Source of the DNA: Nitrospinaceae bacterium | GTDB lineage: Bacteria; Nitrospinota; Nitrospinia; Nitrospinales; Nitrospinaceae | Direction of reading: 5' to 3' | Assembly: GCA_965223665.1 (NCBI GenBank) | Contig: OZ245011.1 | Span: 1,824,001 to 1,888,000, forward strand | Length of the DNA: 64,000 nucleotides | The notes under the pieces: generated by a model | What the model saw: only the letters and a program-made list of their open reading frames with translations | Database searches by the model: none | Told to the model about the DNA's origin: nothing | Position numbers and translations under genes: made by a program | In this document: one piece after another, positions 59,318-64,000 of the stretch | How positions within the stretch are numbered: the stretch's first letter is position 1 | Layout: each line of letters starts with the position of its first letter

Positions 59318-61054
59318 TCAGTACCCCAGGGTCAGCGCGCCCGGTCGTCGTGGGTCCGAGGCACCGTAATAAATACCATTCTTTTTGAGAACCGATTGCG
59401 TGGAACCCATGGCATTTTTTTCAACGATTCGGTGGCCTCTCTTTTCCAACAACCTAAGCGTGTCCGGGCTAATACCCTGTTCCACCCGTAGCTTGTCCGG
59501 TCGCCACTGATGATGAATACGTCTCGAATTGGTCGCGTCCGAAATGTTCATGTCATGATCAATGACATTGATGATGACTTGTAGAATGGCATTGATCAAC
59601 CGCGGTCCTCCCGGACTTCCCGTTGCAAGAAACGGTTTTCCGTCTTTGAGCACCATCATCGGAGCCATCGAACTTAAAGGACGTTTCGTGGGTTGAATGG
59701 CATTCGCCTGGCCGCCGAGCAGTCCATAAGCATTGGGAACACCGGGTTTGGCGGCAAAGTTGTCCATTTCATTATTCATCAAAATCCCCGTTCCTTCCGG
59801 AACCATGCCTGAGCCGAAACTAAAGTTTAGGGTGGTGGTATTGCTTACCACATTCCCGAACCGATCCATCACAGAAAAATGAGTGGTCTCCTCACTTTCA
59901 TACGGACTCGGGGATTCCGGATGAATTTCTGAAGAGGGCCGTGTTTTTTCAGGATCAATTCCTTCTCTAAGTTTTTCTGCATACTTTTTAGAGGTGAGTC
60001 CTTCAATAGGAATGTGCCACCAATCCGGGTCTCCCAAATACTTACTGCGATCGGCAAACGCCAGTTTCATTGACTCTGCCATCAAGTGCATGCTTGCGGC
60101 ACTGAGCGCGCCCATCTCTTTTAAAGAATACCCTTCCAGAATATTCAACATTTGAATAATATGAATGCCACCGGAACTGGGAGGCGACATGCCGATAATC
60201 TCATAACCGCGATACGTGCCGCGAACCGGCTCTCGAACCGCAATGTGATAATTTTTCATATCCTCTTTTGTGATGAGTCCTCCGTGCTTCTTCATGGAAG
60301 CGAGAATTTTTTCGGCAATTGCACCCTCATAAAAAGCTTTCGGTCCGTTCTCTGCAATTTGCCGTAACGACCACGCCAGATCCTTGAAAAACATTCGTTC
60401 CCCTACCTGGTACACCGAGCCATCTGGTTTGAAATAGATCCTGCGGGTTTCCGGCCACCGTTGCAACCGCTCTTTGCCTTTGGTCAACGTGAATACCTGA
60501 TCTTTGTTAACGATGATGCCTTCTTCGGCAAGCTTAATAGCCGGGGCAATCACGGTTTTCAAAGGCAGCGTTCCATAGGTTTTTAAAACATGGGCCAGCC
60601 CTGCCACTGAACCGGGAACCCCCATCGACTTGAAACTCGATTGCGCCAATTCAACATCTACTTTTCCTTCTTTGTCGAGATACATGTCGAACGTTGCTTT
60701 AAGGGGTGCCATTTCCCGATAATCAATAGCAACGGTTTCCCCGGTCTCCCCGATATGCACCAGCATGAATCCGCCGCCTCCTATATTTCCTGCACGCGGC
60801 AACGTGACGGCCAGAGTGAACGCAACCGCCACAGCAGCATCCACAGCGTTACCACCTTCTTCAAGAATCCTTAATCCCACGCGGGTGGCTGTGGCTTCCT
60901 GGCTGGCCACCATGCCGTTTTTACCCATGACCGGATGAAACACATCTTTTTGGGAATAGATTCCTCCCTGCTGAGCCAATCCGGGGGAAAGAGAAAATAG
61001 AATCATAAGTAAAAGCGAACTTAGGGTCGCAAAAATTATTTTTTTATTAAACAT
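59318..61054 (-). CDS. ggt: Periplasmic gamma-glutamyltransferase
   Basis: Signal peptide; GNIGGGGF, DYRE, ETTHFSV, NNEMDNF, PLSSM and GSPGG motifs. Confidence 0.95.
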   Translation of the reverse strand: MFNKKIIFATLSSLLLMILFSLSPGLAQQGGIYSQKDVFHPVMGKNGMVASQEATATRVGLRILEEGGNAVDAAVAVAFTLAVTLPRAGNIGGGGFMLVHIGETGETVAIDYREMAPLKATFDMYLDKEGKVDVELAQSSFKSMGVPGSVAGLAHVLKTYGTLPLKTVIAPAIKLAEEGIIVNKDQVFTLTKGKERLQRWPETRRIYFKPDGSVYQVGERMFFKDLAWSLRQIAENGPKAFYEGAIAEKILASMKKHGGLITKEDMKNYHIAVREPVRGTYRGYEIIGMSPPSSGGIHIIQMLNILEGYSLKEMGALSAASMHLMAESMKLAFADRSKYLGDPDWWHIPIEGLTSKKYAEKLREGIDPEKTRPSSEIHPESPSPYESEETTHFSVMDRFGNVVSNTTTLNFSFGSGMVPEGTGILMNNEMDNFAAKPGVPNAYGLLGGQANAIQPTKRPLSSMAPMMVLKDGKPFLATGSPGGPRLINAILQVIINVIDHDMNISDATNSRRIHHQWRPDKLRVEQGISPDTLRLLEKRGHRIVEKNAMGSTQSVLKKNGIYYGASDPRRPGALTLGY

Positions 61055-61069
61055 GATGGTTGACTCCCT

Positions 61070-62377
61070 TTACAACATCCCCGAAAGCAGAGTGGCAATT
61101 CCTAAAAAGGAAAAGAACCCGGCAATATCCGTTACCGTAGTGAGAATAATCGAAGAAGCCGTTGCCGGGTCCTGACCTAATCGCGTCAATATAATTGGAA
61201 CTGAAGCGCCTGCGAACCCGGCGGCGACCATAGACAGAACCATTGAGATGGCAATCACCAACGCCAAACCAATTGAATGACTCCAAAAGTAAACACCGAT
61301 GGCGGTCGTCAATGCGATGGCGATTCCGTTTATCAGCCCCACCCACACTTCTTTGAAAACCACAGCCGCCCATTGGCGAACACTGATTTCTTTTAACGCG
61401 AGTCCGCGCATAGTGACGGCCAAAGCCTGGGCACCGGCGTTTCCCGATTGACCCGCCACTACGGGAAGTAACACCGCCAGAGCAGTAAACTTTGCGATAG
61501 TAGACTCAAAAATACCAACCACACTGGCCGCTAAAAAGGCGGTTACAAGATTGATCTCCAACCAGGGCAATCGTTTCTTTACTGAAAAAAGAGGTTTGGA
61601 AAGAGCGCGTTCATCCTTACTCGCTCCAAACATCGTTTGGATATCTACAGTGGCTTCTTCTTCAACCGCTTTGACTAAAGCATCGTAACGAACGACTCCA
61701 ACCAGATTTCCGGAAAGATCCAACACGGGTAAATTTGAGATTTTAAACTCTTCCATTTTGGTGACAATTTCTTCACGCGGGTCCATCGGGTTCACAAATG
61801 CTTTGATGGGTTGCGCTAATTCTTTAAGCGTTTGCAATGGTTCAGCCAGTGCAAGATCCTGCATTTCCAGTCTTGAAACCAGTTTGTTTTTGTCGTTGAT
61901 TAAAAATAATGTGCGCGTTGGTTTGAACTTGAGCTGGCGAAGTCGTTTAACACATTGCCGAACGGTCATGGAATCACGAAAAGGATGGGCACGTGTGTCC
62001 ATCAACCGACCTGCTGAGTCTTCCGAGTAGGTCATCATGTTTCGATAATCTTTTTGCAACGTGGCATCGACTAAACCTAAAATCCGATCCATGTTTTCTT
62101 TTTCCAACTTGACCAACAGGTTAAGAATTAAATTTGGGTTGGATTCATATAAAAGAGTTCGGAGAGTGGTGTCGGGCAACCTAGAAAAAATTTCCGTTGC
62201 AATATCCGGACTGAGCAGTTCCAGAATTTTGACAATCAAAGGAATCGGCTGAGTCTCTAATAACTTCCCGCCCACTTCCGGTTCCAGCAACTCCAACTCT
62301 TTAACCGCCTCGGAAGGATAATCCGTGAAAAACCGATGATTTAATTTTGCAACAGCATTGCCGGAGTTAGCGATCAT
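61070..62377 (-). CDS. mgtE: MgtE-family magnesium transporter
   Basis: MgtE_N + CBS pair; RLPWL, GNAGAQ, DPATAS and TVTD motifs. Confidence 0.9.
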   Translation of the reverse strand: MIANSGNAVAKLNHRFFTDYPSEAVKELELLEPEVGGKLLETQPIPLIVKILELLSPDIATEIFSRLPDTTLRTLLYESNPNLILNLLVKLEKENMDRILGLVDATLQKDYRNMMTYSEDSAGRLMDTRAHPFRDSMTVRQCVKRLRQLKFKPTRTLFLINDKNKLVSRLEMQDLALAEPLQTLKELAQPIKAFVNPMDPREEIVTKMEEFKISNLPVLDLSGNLVGVVRYDALVKAVEEEATVDIQTMFGASKDERALSKPLFSVKKRLPWLEINLVTAFLAASVVGIFESTIAKFTALAVLLPVVAGQSGNAGAQALAVTMRGLALKEISVRQWAAVVFKEVWVGLINGIAIALTTAIGVYFWSHSIGLALVIAISMVLSMVAAGFAGASVPIILTRLGQDPATASSIILTTVTDIAGFFSFLGIATLLSGML

Positions 62378-63224
62378 ATTTGGACTCCTTGTGAGTAGTA
62401 CTGCTGTCCGGCGAAGCACCGGTTACAGATCCGACCAGCCACTTTAGTGCAGAAATGTAAGCCTTGATCCCATCCATGAAAACGGAATCCATTTGCTCAG
62501 AATCGGTTTTCTCTCCGGAGATAGCCATGGCCCGGTTCAAGTTATTGAGCGTCAACATCCCCACGAACTTGGATTTGCCGTCCACCACCGGCAACGCCTC
62601 AAAACGATCCCAATAAGGAGAAGGAGCCACGGATTGGATGGTGGCTCTATCGGAGAGGGTGATAAAGTCACGCTCCATAATTCTAGAGACAGGAGTAGAA
62701 TCTTTTGTCGTAATCAGTTTAGCAATATGCAGTGTGCCTATCACCAACCCATGGGAGTCCACCACGCAGGGCGCATAATCAATTTCTTTTTTTGCCAGAC
62801 GAAAGGTTTTGCGAATTTGTTCCACTAAGGTGGTTTCCGTTACCGCCGGAATTTCAGAATCCATCCACGAGCCCACCAAATGAGAAGGATAGGATAATTT
62901 CTTTTTGATTAAAGCTTTCTTTTCCGGTACCAATTCTTTCAAAATTACTTTAGACATAGAATTAGGTATAAAACGAAACAGCGAGATTCCTTTATAAGCT
63001 TTCATACTGTTAAGGAACTCGGTACCTTTTTCGGGAGGAAACCTAAGAAAACATTGGGCGGCATATTGCGGCGCCAGAATTTCCAGCGTTTGAGCTGCCA
63101 GGTCCGTAGGCAATTCTTTTAACAATTCCACGGTGTCTTCCACCGGAAGGCTTTCCAAAGCATTCGCCGAATTCCTGGGATGCAGTTTTAAAAAATTTAT
63201 TGTAAACGCAGTGACCTCATTCAT
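62367..63224 (-). CDS. Soluble MgtE N-terminal/CBS domain protein
   Basis: Helical MgtE_N-like repeats and a CBS pair (LPVVD..FVGML); no TM region. Confidence 0.8.
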   Translation of the reverse strand: MNEVTAFTINFLKLHPRNSANALESLPVEDTVELLKELPTDLAAQTLEILAPQYAAQCFLRFPPEKGTEFLNSMKAYKGISLFRFIPNSMSKVILKELVPEKKALIKKKLSYPSHLVGSWMDSEIPAVTETTLVEQIRKTFRLAKKEIDYAPCVVDSHGLVIGTLHIAKLITTKDSTPVSRIMERDFITLSDRATIQSVAPSPYWDRFEALPVVDGKSKFVGMLTLNNLNRAMAISGEKTDSEQMDSVFMDGIKAYISALKWLVGSVTGASPDSSTTHKESKYDR

Positions 63225-63996
63225 TCGGATTCTCCTCTTTAATGATCAAAAAAGAAGGATCGGTATGAAAAAATTTAGCAGGGACGATCACACGTCCTTC
63301 GGTGGTTGATAACACCATGGAAGTTGGATTCAATTCGAGCACGGTTCCTTCTATACTGCCAAACCTCAAATTTTGACCTGGCTGATAGACCTTCTTTAAC
63401 TGGTGACCGCTGATCAAATTACTGGCCAGGTCTTTAGTTCCCAGGCCCAATGCCAGCGCCAGACTGCCTAAAACTGCACCGAGTATGATTGATAACAGTG
63501 TGACAATAAAGTCGACCGCAATTCCCACCTGGTCCAGTCCAATGATAATGGCAGAGATCAAAATGGTTCCCTGGACAATGCCGCCTAGTAATTTCGAATA
63601 AGAAATTTGAGAAGCTTCGGTCGCAGAAAGAGTCAATTCTTTCCCGAGAGCGCTTAACAGGACCCCGAATACAATGATCAAGATTCCGGCAAAGATTTGC
63701 GGGAAATAGGCGATAAGCCGATTCACCCAAATAGAGAACGCAGTCAGCCCGAGAATTTCGGCAGATAAAACTGCAAAGAAAATAATGGTTCCCCAAAACA
63801 CAATCTTGCTGAACAGGGTAGTGATTGTGCTCGACAATTCAAAGCGCGCCAGGTTTCCTTTGGAGAGCAGTTGTTTTAAAACTCGGTTGAAAATGCTTGC
63901 CAGTCGTATACTCAGTGCCTTCAACATGCGAGCCACAAACCAACCAAAAATAATCAGAATGACGGCACCAAACAGTTTAGGAGAAAACTCAATCAA
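63217..63996 (-). CDS. MscS-family/TM-helix mechanosensitive channel protein (5' end may lie beyond the window)
   Basis: Multiple TM segments; 'ALALGLGTKDLASNLISG'; 'EGTVLEL...VIVP' beta domain. Confidence 0.8.
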   Translation of the reverse strand: MIEFSPKLFGAVILIIFGWFVARMLKALSIRLASIFNRVLKQLLSKGNLARFELSSTITTLFSKIVFWGTIIFFAVLSAEILGLTAFSIWVNRLIAYFPQIFAGILIIVFGVLLSALGKELTLSATEASQISYSKLLGGIVQGTILISAIIIGLDQVGIAVDFIVTLLSIILGAVLGSLALALGLGTKDLASNLISGHQLKKVYQPGQNLRFGSIEGTVLELNPTSMVLSTTEGRVIVPAKFFHTDPSFLIIKEENPNE

Positions 63997-64000
63997 TTGT

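Noticed and set aside
560-63796. Numerous overlapping or antisense ORFs in the track (e.g. 1548..1910, 4530..5186, 7148..7681, 22030..22587)
   Set aside because: They shadow well-supported genes and have no motifs or RBS

Overview
A 64-kb bacterial accessory/stress region with no rRNA, tRNA, CRISPR array, transposase or integrase that I can recognise. The overall gene style suggests Nitrospinota/Nitrospirota, but that is unverified inference. In order it holds: (1) secreted proteins, including a VWD/GDPH protein and two 'free domain + same domain fused to a large enzyme' gene pairs, around a CpxRA/CpxP-like system; (2) a CarH-type B12 photoreceptor divergent from an FGE-sulfatase/cytochrome c/TPR/Sel1 operon, with a pyrimidine-dimer glycosylase downstream; (3) four Hsp20 genes and DegP, including a duplicated Hsp20 / small-secreted-protein unit; (4) an AT-rich signalling block (Amt-PAS-PAS-HK-REC, FIST + hybrid kinase, NarL-type systems, SulP); (5) a kinase / ATP-grasp-degenerate-M20 / GGT / N-formylglutamate amidohydrolase operon, a second GGT and an MscS-MgtE operon. 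The best novelty candidates are a duplicated pseudoknot-like 5' leader with compensatory changes, a conserved structured Hsp20 3' UTR, the non-carotenoid CarH regulon, a putative toxin-B-like OB-fold pair, and the ATP-grasp/pseudo-M20 operon. Family calls come from motif recognition by eye; no database searches were run.
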